64,000 nt of DNA from Alphaproteobacteria bacterium (GTDB lineage Bacteria; Pseudomonadota; Alphaproteobacteria; SP197), in NCBI GenBank assembly GCA_965228895.1, contig OZ245842.1, positions 3,712,001 to 3,776,000 of the forward strand, in the 5' to 3' direction. This document shows, one piece after another, positions 8,403 through 17,297 of this stretch; position 1 is the first letter of the stretch; each line of letters begins with the position of its first letter. The notes beneath the pieces were generated by a model. The model did not search any database and was not told where the DNA came from. It was given only the letters and a program-made list of their open reading frames with translations. The translations under genes and the position numbers were made by a program.

Positions 8403-9689
8403 ATGAAAGCAATCGATACGGACGTGGTGATCATCGGCGCCGGCATTGCCGGTCTGACGGCGGCATGGCGGCTTCTCGAGGCCGGACGCTCGGTTGCCGT
8501 CCTGGAAGCCAACAGCCGTGTCGGCGGTCGCATCTATGGCTTTTCGATTGGCGACAGAGTGGTGCAGCTCGGTGGCCGATGGATCGGTCCTGGCCAGGAC
8601 GCCATCAAGCGCTTGGCCGGCGAACTCGATGTCGCCGTGAAACCTCTCCAGATCTTTGACGCCGCCGCCGAGGCGCGTGGCGTGAACAAGCCCGATGTGA
8701 TCGAGGCTGTGCGGGAGATCGACAACGCCGCCGCCATGGTGCCCCTGGACCAACCGTGGACCGTGCCCGACGCTGATATCCTTGACGGCCAGACGCTCGC
8801 TACCTGGCTGTCGACAACCTTCGGTCCTCAGCATGCCGCAACGCTCGGCGACATCCTGACCGGGTTCCTGCCGGAACCTCAGGATGTCTCGCTGCTCCAC
8901 GCGCTCTTCTACCTCAAATCCAACGGCGGGTTCGCCAGCATCCTGGGGCTGGACGGGCCGGCCCATGACAGCGAGATCTTTGTCGGCGGCGCGCACGCCA
9001 TGACCGACACACTGGCGGAACGCCTGAGTGACGCGATTTATCTGGAGACCTCGGCGATGTCGGTGCGTCATGACGGCAGTGGCGTCGCGGTTATTGCCGA
9101 CGGACTCACGGTTGACGCAAGCCATGCCATCGTCACCCTGCCGCCGGTGCTTGCCGGCCGCTTGCGCTGGGATCCACCTTTGCCGCCCGCCCGCGACTAC
9201 CTGACACAGCGCATGCCGATACGCGGCAAGGTCACGGCAGTGGCGATCTACGACCAGCCATTCTGGCGCGACGCCGGCATGACCAGTTTCGCATCCGACG
9301 CCATGATTGCCTGGGACGAAGGCGGCGACGAGCTTCCCGCCGCCTTCACCATGCTGGTCTCGATCCGCCGCTCGCGGGAGATCTGGGCGATGCCGGAGTC
9401 CGAGCGCCAAGCGGCGCTGCTCGATGACCTCGCCGCCGGATTGGGGCCGGATGCGCGCAATGCCCACGCCGTGCACATGGTCAACTGGGCGGCGGAACCT
9501 TGGAGTCGGGGCTGCAACTCCTTCATGACCACCGGCGCTTGGACCAACTGGGGTCATGCGTTGCGTGAACCGGTCGGGCGCATCCGCTGGGCCTGCGCCG
9601 AAGTCAGCGAACAGTTCGCCGGCCAGATGGAGGGCGCGGTCCGTACCGCCGAGTCGGCGGCGAGCGCCGTCGACGAAGCGCTGGCCTGA
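8403..9689 (+). CDS. Flavin monoamine oxidase-family protein
   Basis: GAGIAGL, LEANSRVGGR, WAAEPWSRGC and GQMEGAV. Confidence 0.9.
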   Translation: MKAIDTDVVIIGAGIAGLTAAWRLLEAGRSVAVLEANSRVGGRIYGFSIGDRVVQLGGRWIGPGQDAIKRLAGELDVAVKPLQIFDAAAEARGVNKPDVIEAVREIDNAAAMVPLDQPWTVPDADILDGQTLATWLSTTFGPQHAATLGDILTGFLPEPQDVSLLHALFYLKSNGGFASILGLDGPAHDSEIFVGGAHAMTDTLAERLSDAIYLETSAMSVRHDGSGVAVIADGLTVDASHAIVTLPPVLAGRLRWDPPLPPARDYLTQRMPIRGKVTAVAIYDQPFWRDAGMTSFASDAMIAWDEGGDELPAAFTMLVSIRRSREIWAMPESERQAALLDDLAAGLGPDARNAHAVHMVNWAAEPWSRGCNSFMTTGAWTNWGHALREPVGRIRWACAEVSEQFAGQMEGAVRTAESAASAVDEALA

Positions 9690-9707
9690 GACAAAAAGAG
9701 GAACACG

Positions 9708-10916
9708 ATGGACAACCAACTTGCCAGTTTGATCACGCAAGCCGAGTGCGACGCGGTGATGGCGCCGATCGGCGAGGCCCTGACACCGCCACCGCCTGCC
9801 TTTACCGACGACGACTGGTTTGCGCTGGAGGCCGAACGGATCTTCCGGCGCAACTGGACAGCCGTGATGTTCGATTGCGCCCTGCCCGACCCCGGCGACG
9901 CCCACCCGTTCGACGTCTTCGGCATGCCGCTCGTGGCCCTGCGTGGCGATGACGGCATCCTGCGTGTCTTCCACAACATCTGCCCGTATGACGGTTGTCC
10001 GGCCGTACGCGGCGATCGCAAAGGGCTAACGGATATCGAAGTCCTCTACCACGGTTGGCGTTACGATCTGCGCGGCCGGCTGAGCGACGCACCCTATTGG
10101 TCCGGCAGGCCGCAGACGGGTCCGGGCGACCTTAACGGCCATGACGGCAACCTGGTTGAGATACGCGCGGCGGTGCGCATTGGTACCGTCTTCATCGACC
10201 TCGACGGTAAGGCGCCGAATATCGACGACTGGCTCGGACCGTGGATGCGCGCGGTCGGCGGCGACTACGCGGTCGAACGTCTGGTTCCCGCCCGCGACAG
10301 CGACGGCAAGCCGCTGATCGAAACCCGCACGGTCAAGGCCAACTGGAAGACCTACCAGGAAAACGCCTCGATCAACCTATTGCACGAGGGTTTCACCCAC
10401 GACCTCTACCGCAAGTCACCGGAGGTGCCGCGCGTCGATGCCGACGGCAAACCGGCTTTCGAACTCTTTATGGAGGACGCGCTCGTCGCGTTCGGGCATA
10501 GCCGTCAGAAAAGCGGCAACACCTATGATCCCATCCGCCTGCCGACCGCCGGCCACGATATCCAGCGCCAGCCGGATTGGGGGTACTTCACAACGCTCTA
10601 CCCAAACGTCAACGTGCCGCTGCTCGACGCGTTCATGAAGGTGAACATAGCGATCCCCACCGGACCGGGCGAAACACACCTGCAGCACCTGCGCTTCTAT
10701 AGTCCCGAGGCGCTGGCCGACGACAACTTCCAGGCCGAGGAAGCCGCGGTCCAGGCGCTCTTCGATGTCGTGCACTACGAAGACAAACTCGCGATTGAAG
10801 CGGTTCAGGAGGCGCGCCGCTCACCGGTCTGGCGCCAGCATTTCTACGCGCCATTCTGGGATGACCTGCACCACTATTTCAACCAACGCGTCATGGCCGA
10901 CATGATGCGCGCGTAA
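9708..10916 (+). CDS. Rieske oxygenase alpha-subunit homologue (choline monooxygenase-like) with non-canonical Rieske motif
   Basis: E..RIFRRNW, FHNICPYDGC...VLYHGWRYDLRGRL, ANWKTYQEN...H.GFTH and EDKLAIEAVQ. Confidence 0.85.
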   Translation: MDNQLASLITQAECDAVMAPIGEALTPPPPAFTDDDWFALEAERIFRRNWTAVMFDCALPDPGDAHPFDVFGMPLVALRGDDGILRVFHNICPYDGCPAVRGDRKGLTDIEVLYHGWRYDLRGRLSDAPYWSGRPQTGPGDLNGHDGNLVEIRAAVRIGTVFIDLDGKAPNIDDWLGPWMRAVGGDYAVERLVPARDSDGKPLIETRTVKANWKTYQENASINLLHEGFTHDLYRKSPEVPRVDADGKPAFELFMEDALVAFGHSRQKSGNTYDPIRLPTAGHDIQRQPDWGYFTTLYPNVNVPLLDAFMKVNIAIPTGPGETHLQHLRFYSPEALADDNFQAEEAAVQALFDVVHYEDKLAIEAVQEARRSPVWRQHFYAPFWDDLHHYFNQRVMADMMRA

Positions 10917-10976
10917 GGTTCCAACGGTCGACATCGCCGACCGCAGCCTCTATTCAAGCGACGGCATGGAGGTGCC

Positions 10977-11603
10977 ATGAACTCAGCGCTTTGGGCGAGC
11001 TTTGCGACCATCATGGGTGTTTGGCTGATCACCGTGATCAGCCCCGGCCCGAACTTTTTGGCCACCGTCTACACCACGGCGAGCCAGTCGCGCCGGCTTG
11101 GCCTGCTGGTTTCCCTGGGTATTGCCGTGGGCACCACGGTCTGGGCGACAGCCAGCTTGCTGGGACTGAGCCTGTTGTTCGAAACAGCCACGTGGCTTTA
11201 TCAGTCGGTCAAACTGGCAGGTGCCCTCTTCCTCATCTACCTCGGCCTTCGTACGATCGTCTTGGCGCGCCGTTTGCCGGCATCGGGACCCGCACCCGCT
11301 GTTCCCGTCTCCGCCGGACAGGCATTTCGTCGCGGTCTCATTGTCGACCTCAGCAATCCCAAGGCCGCCGTCTTCTTCGCCAGCCTGTTCGCGGTGACCG
11401 TCCCGCCCGATGCACCCCTGTGGTTCCAAACCGCCATCGTCGCCGCCGTCGTCGTGCTGGCCGGCGGCTGGTATGCCCTGGCGGCGTGTGTCGTTGACCT
11501 GAAACCGATCGCGCAGCTGTTGCGCCGGGCTCAGCGTGCCTTCTCGTATGCTTCCGGCGGCATCTTTGTCGCACTTGGCCTACGCCTCGCCACCGACCGG
11601 TGA
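10977..11603 (+). CDS. LysE/RhtB-family amino acid efflux translocator
   Basis: ISPGPNF and LSNPKAAVFF motifs; hydrophobic. Confidence 0.9.
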   Translation: MNSALWASFATIMGVWLITVISPGPNFLATVYTTASQSRRLGLLVSLGIAVGTTVWATASLLGLSLLFETATWLYQSVKLAGALFLIYLGLRTIVLARRLPASGPAPAVPVSAGQAFRRGLIVDLSNPKAAVFFASLFAVTVPPDAPLWFQTAIVAAVVVLAGGWYALAACVVDLKPIAQLLRRAQRAFSYASGGIFVALGLRLATDR

Positions 11604-11661
11604 TCGGGACACATCCGTCGATAACAACCTCTCACCGGGGCCGTCGTCGGGACACCCTCAG

Positions 11662-13572
11662 CTACTGCAGTGGAATGCCCGCGCTGACCAGGGCCGCCGT
11701 CAACCGATCCCAGTCTTCCTGGTGACTGTAAGGCTGCGCGTCTTTGATGCCGTTTACGGTGAGTTCCGGCATGAGGGCGAGCGCCTCGCGTGCCGCTGCT
11801 TGCGCGTCCGCGGTACGGCCTGCCTGATCGTAGACAAAGGCCAGATTGACCAGCGTCCAGGCGCGGCGGTTGTCGTTTTCAGCCCGGCTCACCGCATCGA
11901 GCGCCCACTCGACGGCCTGATCTGTTTCGTCCTTGAATATGTAGTCGCGCGACAGATAAAGCGAATACCAGCTTGGATAGACGGGGTTGATGCGCATCGC
12001 CCGGTCGATCAGCTCGATCGATTTGTCGTATTGCCGGTTGAACGAGGCGACGAACCCCGCGAGTGCCAGGACGAACGAGTTGTTGGGATCAAGTTCGGTC
12101 GCGCTCGATGTGTTCGCCATGGCGGAATCGTAACGGCCCGCGATCTGATCGATATAGGCGTTCAGAATGTCGAGCTCGGCCTGTTCGGCGTCGGTCGTTT
12201 GTTCGTCAAGTGCCGCGGCCCTCTGCAAAAGATCCGCGGCATTCTGAAGCGATTCCTTCGCATCGTCGCTATAGCCCCATTGGGCGTCGCGGATGTAGGT
12301 GCGTGCCTCAAGCAGATAGGCCTCGCGATACTTGGGATCGAGCGCCAGAACCTGCTTGATCAAGCGCCGCGTCTCGATCGACGCCTGACGGTCGTACTTG
12401 CGGAACTCGGTCTCTGCCTTCATGAGCGCGAGGTAAGCATCGACATTGTCCGTGCTGGCGCCGCGGACGGCTGCCTGGTAGCCCTCGGTCAACTGGACCT
12501 GCAGCGAGACGAGCACCCTCAGCGCGATCTCGTCTTGAAGACTGAAGAGATCGTCGACATTCCGATCATATCGGCCGGTCCACAGGTTTTCGCCACGCTC
12601 GGTATCGGCCAGCTCAACCAGAATGCGCGCACTGTCGCCGGAAAGCTGCACGGTCCCGTCAACGACGTAGGCCACGTTCAGATCTTGCCCAACCTGACGA
12701 ACATCGACGGGCTGATCTTTGTAGCTGTTAATGGAGTTGCGCGAGATGACAAAGATCTCCGGCACATCCGCCAGCGCGCTGATGATCGATGCCGTCATGC
12801 CGTCGGCGATCATGTTGCCTTCATCGCTCATCGACAGGCTCTCGAACGGCAGAACGGCAATCGACGGCCGGTTCGGGAAACGTTCGGACGATGTCTCCGG
12901 TATCGCCGACACAGGATCTCGGGAGAGATAGAGCCAGGCAACACCGGTGCCGGCGAACACGACGACGAGCGCGGCAAGCGCGGCGGCAAACAACGTCGTG
13001 CGCTTGACCTGCCGCTTGGACCGCACTTTCGGCGGCGCGTCGACGAATGCTGCGGCCTTTTCGTCCAACACGACATCATAGACCGCATCAGGCTCAGGAT
13101 GAATCTTGACCCTACGCTCGACGATCTTGTCGAAGTTGAGATCGGCCGCGGGCGTGATGTCGTCATGCACCAGGCCGGAGACACACACACCGCCCAGAAA
13201 GGCGAGTTCGGACAGCCCGCCGGCCACACTTTCCGGCCCGCCGGCAGCCGACGGGTCTGCACTGGGGTCGGAGACGACCTCGATGCCCGTTCGATAGTGT
13301 ATCTGGCGGTCCTCACGCCGCTTCTTGTTGCGCTCCCGCATGGCGATCTGCATATCGATCGCGAAGGCGACCGCCTGCATGCAGCTCTCGAACGCGATCA
13401 CAAGACGATCATCGACCGCCTTCGTGATCGTGCCGCCATGACGGGCAAGCCTGATGTCGACGATTTCGGCGCGAATTCGCTTCAGCGATGCGGCAGCGCG
13501 CGTCGAATCCATGCGCATGAGACGCGAGTACCCGACGATCGCGGTCGACAAAATGGCAGAATGCTGGTTCAT
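11662..13572 (-). CDS. Degenerate class III cyclase domain + TM helix + TolB-like domain + TPR repeats
   Basis: SAILSTAIVGYSRLM (cyclase-like), TM LFAAALAALVVVFAGTGVAWLYL, PSIAVLPF, LALDP/ELDPN/RINP TPRs; GGAG RBS before ATG 13572. Confidence 0.85.
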   Translation of the reverse strand: MNQHSAILSTAIVGYSRLMRMDSTRAAASLKRIRAEIVDIRLARHGGTITKAVDDRLVIAFESCMQAVAFAIDMQIAMRERNKKRREDRQIHYRTGIEVVSDPSADPSAAGGPESVAGGLSELAFLGGVCVSGLVHDDITPAADLNFDKIVERRVKIHPEPDAVYDVVLDEKAAAFVDAPPKVRSKRQVKRTTLFAAALAALVVVFAGTGVAWLYLSRDPVSAIPETSSERFPNRPSIAVLPFESLSMSDEGNMIADGMTASIISALADVPEIFVISRNSINSYKDQPVDVRQVGQDLNVAYVVDGTVQLSGDSARILVELADTERGENLWTGRYDRNVDDLFSLQDEIALRVLVSLQVQLTEGYQAAVRGASTDNVDAYLALMKAETEFRKYDRQASIETRRLIKQVLALDPKYREAYLLEARTYIRDAQWGYSDDAKESLQNAADLLQRAAALDEQTTDAEQAELDILNAYIDQIAGRYDSAMANTSSATELDPNNSFVLALAGFVASFNRQYDKSIELIDRAMRINPVYPSWYSLYLSRDYIFKDETDQAVEWALDAVSRAENDNRRAWTLVNLAFVYDQAGRTADAQAAAREALALMPELTVNGIKDAQPYSHQEDWDRLTAALVSAGIPLQ

Positions 13573-13759
13573 AGACGCTCCGTAGGGCGCGAGATTATCG
13601 GAGCCATGCCGAAGAATCCACGTGGGCACGGCGGCTTTACCGGACCCGGCCCGATGGTACAAAGATCTGCGGCATCGCCTTCATCATCGCAGGCGCGACT
13701 TGTACCCGGCAACGACACCTGAAAAACTGGCCTCGGCTGCGAATTGACTGGGTTGGCGC

Positions 13760-16288
13760 GTGACCGACGTCTCGATAGATCAACAGGTACGACGATCCCC
13801 TCTGCCTTGGCCCGATGACTATCGGGACTTGGAGCCGGTCCTGCGTCAGGAGTGGGGCGTTGACGGCGAAATCTACCTGAACCGCCAACTCAGCGGCAAA
13901 TCAGGCGCCCTGGTGTTCGCCGCGGATCTGACCGGCAAGGACTTTGCCGGACAGGCTATTCTGAAGCTCGATCGCACCTCCCGGACGGACTGGTCCGAGG
14001 ACCAGGAGTTCGAGCGCCACAGACGCGCCTTCGAGGTGAACCCGGACTACGCTGCCGCACACTTGCCGCGCATCGTTCACGCCGCGCAGCATGGTGATTA
14101 CATCGCCATTCTCTCAACGATTGCCGGGCGTGGACTTGAGTACGCTCTGCCCTGGGCGGAATGTGCCTGGATGCCGCAACTGAACGTCGCCGGGCGCCTG
14201 GCCGACGATTTGCTGGAGTGCTGGAACGAGAATGCCTTTCTTGATCCGGCCATGCTCGAACCTCGCGATCTCTTGCAATCATGGCTGGGCTATCGGCTCG
14301 ACCCGAACGACGGTGGACGCATTCACGACTTTCTGGGTTCGACATGCGGCGTACCGGCACTGACGCCGGCGCTTTCGTTCGAAGGCGAGTGGCGCCCCAA
14401 TCCGCTGGCGTTCGCGGAACAGGTGGTCACCGCCGGATCGTCGATACGCCTGCGCGCAATCCGCGGCAACGTCCATGGCGACCTGCACGGTTTCAACGTG
14501 CTGGTGCGTCGCCAGGCAGAGGTCAAACCGGACTACTACCTCATCGACCTGGATCTTTATCGCGATGACGGCTTCCTCTTTTTTGACCACGCCTATTTTG
14601 AGCTGACCTACCTGATTACTGAACGCCAGTCGATCGAACCCAGCCGGTGGAAGTCGATCCTGAACACGCTCAGCCCGCGCGCCTACATTCAAGAAGAAGA
14701 TGTCGTCACCGGTGACGACGTCGGCATGCTGCAACTCGTCAACGACATGCGCGACGAGGTGAAAACCTGGATCGATCGGCACGAACCCAACCGCCTGTCC
14801 TACATGGAAAGCCAGTCCCTTATGGGCCGCATCGCGGCCGGGCTTGCCCTGACGCACCAGACACGGTCAAGCGCGGTACGCGCGATGGCGTTTCTGTACG
14901 CAGCAACCAGCTTACAGGACTTCCTGACACTGCACGATGTCGAGTGGCCTAAGAACGGGCCGGCCTTCACCTACGATCCGACCGGCGACGCCACGAATCA
15001 GGCGGCCACGCCGGTCGTATCCAACACCCCGACACAAATGGCGCCACTTGAGGCTTCCACCGACAATACAGCCGACAGCGCCCATCCGACCAAACCGTCA
15101 ATCGCCGTCTTGGCGTTCGCAAACCACAGTGACGATCCCGATCAGACGTACTTTGCCGAAGGCATCGCCGGCGAAATCATCGCCGACCTGTCGCGCATTG
15201 ACTGGCTGATGGTGATCGCCCGGTCAACCAGCTTCGTCTATCGCGGCCAGGATCCCGATCCCCGCACGGTTGGCCGGGAACTGGGCGTTCAGTATGTCGT
15301 GGAAGGCAGCGTCCGCAAGGAGGGTCAGAAGCTGGACATCACGGTCCACCTGATCGAGGCCGCTACGGCCACCGAGCTGTGGGCCAACCGCTACACCATG
15401 GACATGGGTGTCGAGGACGTCATCGCCGCCGAAGAGGACATCGCGGCAGCCATTGTCACCACGATTGGCATGGAGGTTAACGAGAGCGAGAGCAAGCGTG
15501 CGCTGCGCAAACCACCTGAAAACCTCGATGCTTGGGATCTTTACCTTCGCGCCAGTTGGTACTTCTACCAGTTGAACGAAGAAGGTTCGAAAGCGGCCTA
15601 CAAGTTGGCCTTGATGGCGACAAAAATGGCGCCCAACTACGCGCCGCCCTATGCGCAGATCGCCCTTATCGAATCGCGCAGAGTCTTTTGGATGTTGACC
15701 GACGATGCCGCGACGTCCCTGAAGCGCGCAAACGAGTTTGCCGCCAAAGCCGTCTCGTTGGACCCCGGCAGCAGCGCGGCACGCTACGCACTGTCTCGGG
15801 CTTACATGCTAAGCGGAAAGCGTGACCTGGCGATCTCCGAAGCGGAGGCCTCCATCGCGCTCAACCCCAACTCTCAAAGAGCGCATTACTTCTTGGCGCT
15901 CGCTCTAATGTGGGATGCCCAGATTACGGAAGCCATTCCGCATATCGATATCTCCATCGATCTGAGCCCGAAAGGTCCTCTGTTGCCGATCAAGCTGGCC
16001 ACGAAGGCGGGCGCATTGGGTTTTCTGGGCAGGTTCAGCGAAGCGGAAACAGTGGCGCGTGAAGCACTGAGCTACAGAGAGAATCTTCCAGGACTGCACA
16101 TCGTTTTGGCCATTATCCTGGGTCTACAAGACCGGACTGACGAGGCCGCAGCCGCCGTAAAGCTCGTAACCGACATACGGCCGGAACTCACCATCGAGAG
16201 ACTGGCGACACTTGGACACGCCATGGACTCCGATCTGTGGGCACTCGTCCGCGAAACGCTGCGCAAGGCTGGTTTTCCCGAGAGCTAG
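13760..16288 (+). CDS. Kinase/phosphotransferase-like domain + TolB-like domain + TPR repeats
   Basis: GKSGALVF, AILKLD, HGDLHGFNVLV and YYLIDL; then PSIAVLAFAN...YFAEGI and TPRs. Confidence 0.8.
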   Translation: MTDVSIDQQVRRSPLPWPDDYRDLEPVLRQEWGVDGEIYLNRQLSGKSGALVFAADLTGKDFAGQAILKLDRTSRTDWSEDQEFERHRRAFEVNPDYAAAHLPRIVHAAQHGDYIAILSTIAGRGLEYALPWAECAWMPQLNVAGRLADDLLECWNENAFLDPAMLEPRDLLQSWLGYRLDPNDGGRIHDFLGSTCGVPALTPALSFEGEWRPNPLAFAEQVVTAGSSIRLRAIRGNVHGDLHGFNVLVRRQAEVKPDYYLIDLDLYRDDGFLFFDHAYFELTYLITERQSIEPSRWKSILNTLSPRAYIQEEDVVTGDDVGMLQLVNDMRDEVKTWIDRHEPNRLSYMESQSLMGRIAAGLALTHQTRSSAVRAMAFLYAATSLQDFLTLHDVEWPKNGPAFTYDPTGDATNQAATPVVSNTPTQMAPLEASTDNTADSAHPTKPSIAVLAFANHSDDPDQTYFAEGIAGEIIADLSRIDWLMVIARSTSFVYRGQDPDPRTVGRELGVQYVVEGSVRKEGQKLDITVHLIEAATATELWANRYTMDMGVEDVIAAEEDIAAAIVTTIGMEVNESESKRALRKPPENLDAWDLYLRASWYFYQLNEEGSKAAYKLALMATKMAPNYAPPYAQIALIESRRVFWMLTDDAATSLKRANEFAAKAVSLDPGSSAARYALSRAYMLSGKRDLAISEAEASIALNPNSQRAHYFLALALMWDAQITEAIPHIDISIDLSPKGPLLPIKLATKAGALGFLGRFSEAETVAREALSYRENLPGLHIVLAIILGLQDRTDEAAAAVKLVTDIRPELTIERLATLGHAMDSDLWALVRETLRKAGFPES

Positions 16289-16314
16289 CACAACGACCTG
16301 GTCTTGAATGTCAC

Positions 16315-16755
16315 TTAGTTTCGTGCATCCGGTCCGTGTCGAAAACTCACGGCCATACGATTCCATGCGTTCATCGTTGCGATGATAAGCGTCAGGTCGA
16401 CAATCTGATGCTCGGAAAAGTGCTCTTGCAGATGAGCGTAGAGTTCATCAGGCGCATGGGTTTCGGAAAGTAGCGTCACCGCTTCGGCCCATGCGAAGGC
16501 GGCTTTCTCGCCGTCGCTGAAGAACGGGCTTTCGCGCCACACGGTGACACAATCCAGTCGCTGTTGGGTTTCTCCCTCAGCCCTCGCCTGTGTCGCATGA
16601 AGGTCGACGCAATAGGCACAACCGTTGATCTGGGAGACCCGCAGCTCAACGAGCGCCCGCAGTTTGCCGTCGATCGACGTCATATGTTTGTTGATGGCCA
16701 TAAGTCCGGCGATGGCCTTCGGGTTAACCGCCGCGTAGTCGATCCGATCGATCAT
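16315..16755 (-). CDS. Carboxymuconolactone decarboxylase/AhpD-family protein
   Basis: LRVSQINGCAYCVDLH and NAWNRM; GGAGG RBS. Confidence 0.9.
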   Translation of the reverse strand: MIDRIDYAAVNPKAIAGLMAINKHMTSIDGKLRALVELRVSQINGCAYCVDLHATQARAEGETQQRLDCVTVWRESPFFSDGEKAAFAWAEAVTLLSETHAPDELYAHLQEHFSEHQIVDLTLIIATMNAWNRMAVSFRHGPDARN

Positions 16756-16804
16756 TGTTCGTGATCCTCCGACAATCGTCATTTAGTATCAAAGCACGAA
16801 CAAC

Positions 16805-16822
16805 ATATAAGAGCTCTGATAT
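16805..16822. promoter_or_regulatory. Candidate MarR operator (near-perfect palindrome ATATAAGAGCTCTGATAT)
   Basis: Self-complementary at 16 of 18 positions; lies between the divergent AhpD-like and MarR genes. Confidence 0.55.
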
Positions 16823-16823
16823 T

Positions 16824-17297
16824 ATGGTCAAGAGACGGAACACGAAGGGGCCGCCGGATATCGGCCGGGGCAAACGCGGCGAGGAAGGTTATCTGGGCTA
16901 CCTGCTGCATCAGGCCGCCCACATTTACCGCAACCGTGCTGATAAGGTGTTGACCGACCTGGGGATCACGACGCCGCAGTACACGGTGTTGACCATGCTG
17001 GCTGCTTATCCCGAACTATCCGGGGCCGGTATCGCTCGCTTGGCGTTCGTCACGCCCCAGACTGTCAGCGTTGTTGTCGCCAACCTTGAAAAGCGCGGCG
17101 CGATTTCGCGCCGGCCACACCCGGTCCACGGACGGATTCAAAACCTTGACCTGACCGATGACGGCCGCGCTCTGCTCAAGGCAGCGCGGACACGGATGCA
17201 CGCCCTTGAACGCGATTTGACCGCCGGCATGTCCGCTGACGAGGAGCAGGTTGTCAGGCGTTGGCTGGTGCACACAGCCGTCGCGGACGCCGGCTAG
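16824..17297 (+). CDS. MarR-family transcriptional regulator
   Basis: LGITTPQYTVL, VTPQTVSVVVANLEKRG and LTDDGR. Confidence 0.9.
   Translation: MVKRRNTKGPPDIGRGKRGEEGYLGYLLHQAAHIYRNRADKVLTDLGITTPQYTVLTMLAAYPELSGAGIARLAFVTPQTVSVVVANLEKRGAISRRPHPVHGRIQNLDLTDDGRALLKAARTRMHALERDLTAGMSADEEQVVRRWLVHTAVADAG

Noticed and set aside
8268-9974. 568-aa minus-strand ORF
   Set aside because: Antisense shadow of the amine oxidase gene.
11536-13722. 728-aa plus-strand ORF
   Set aside because: Antisense shadow of the pseudo-cyclase/TPR gene; no motifs; long shadow ORFs are expected at high GC.
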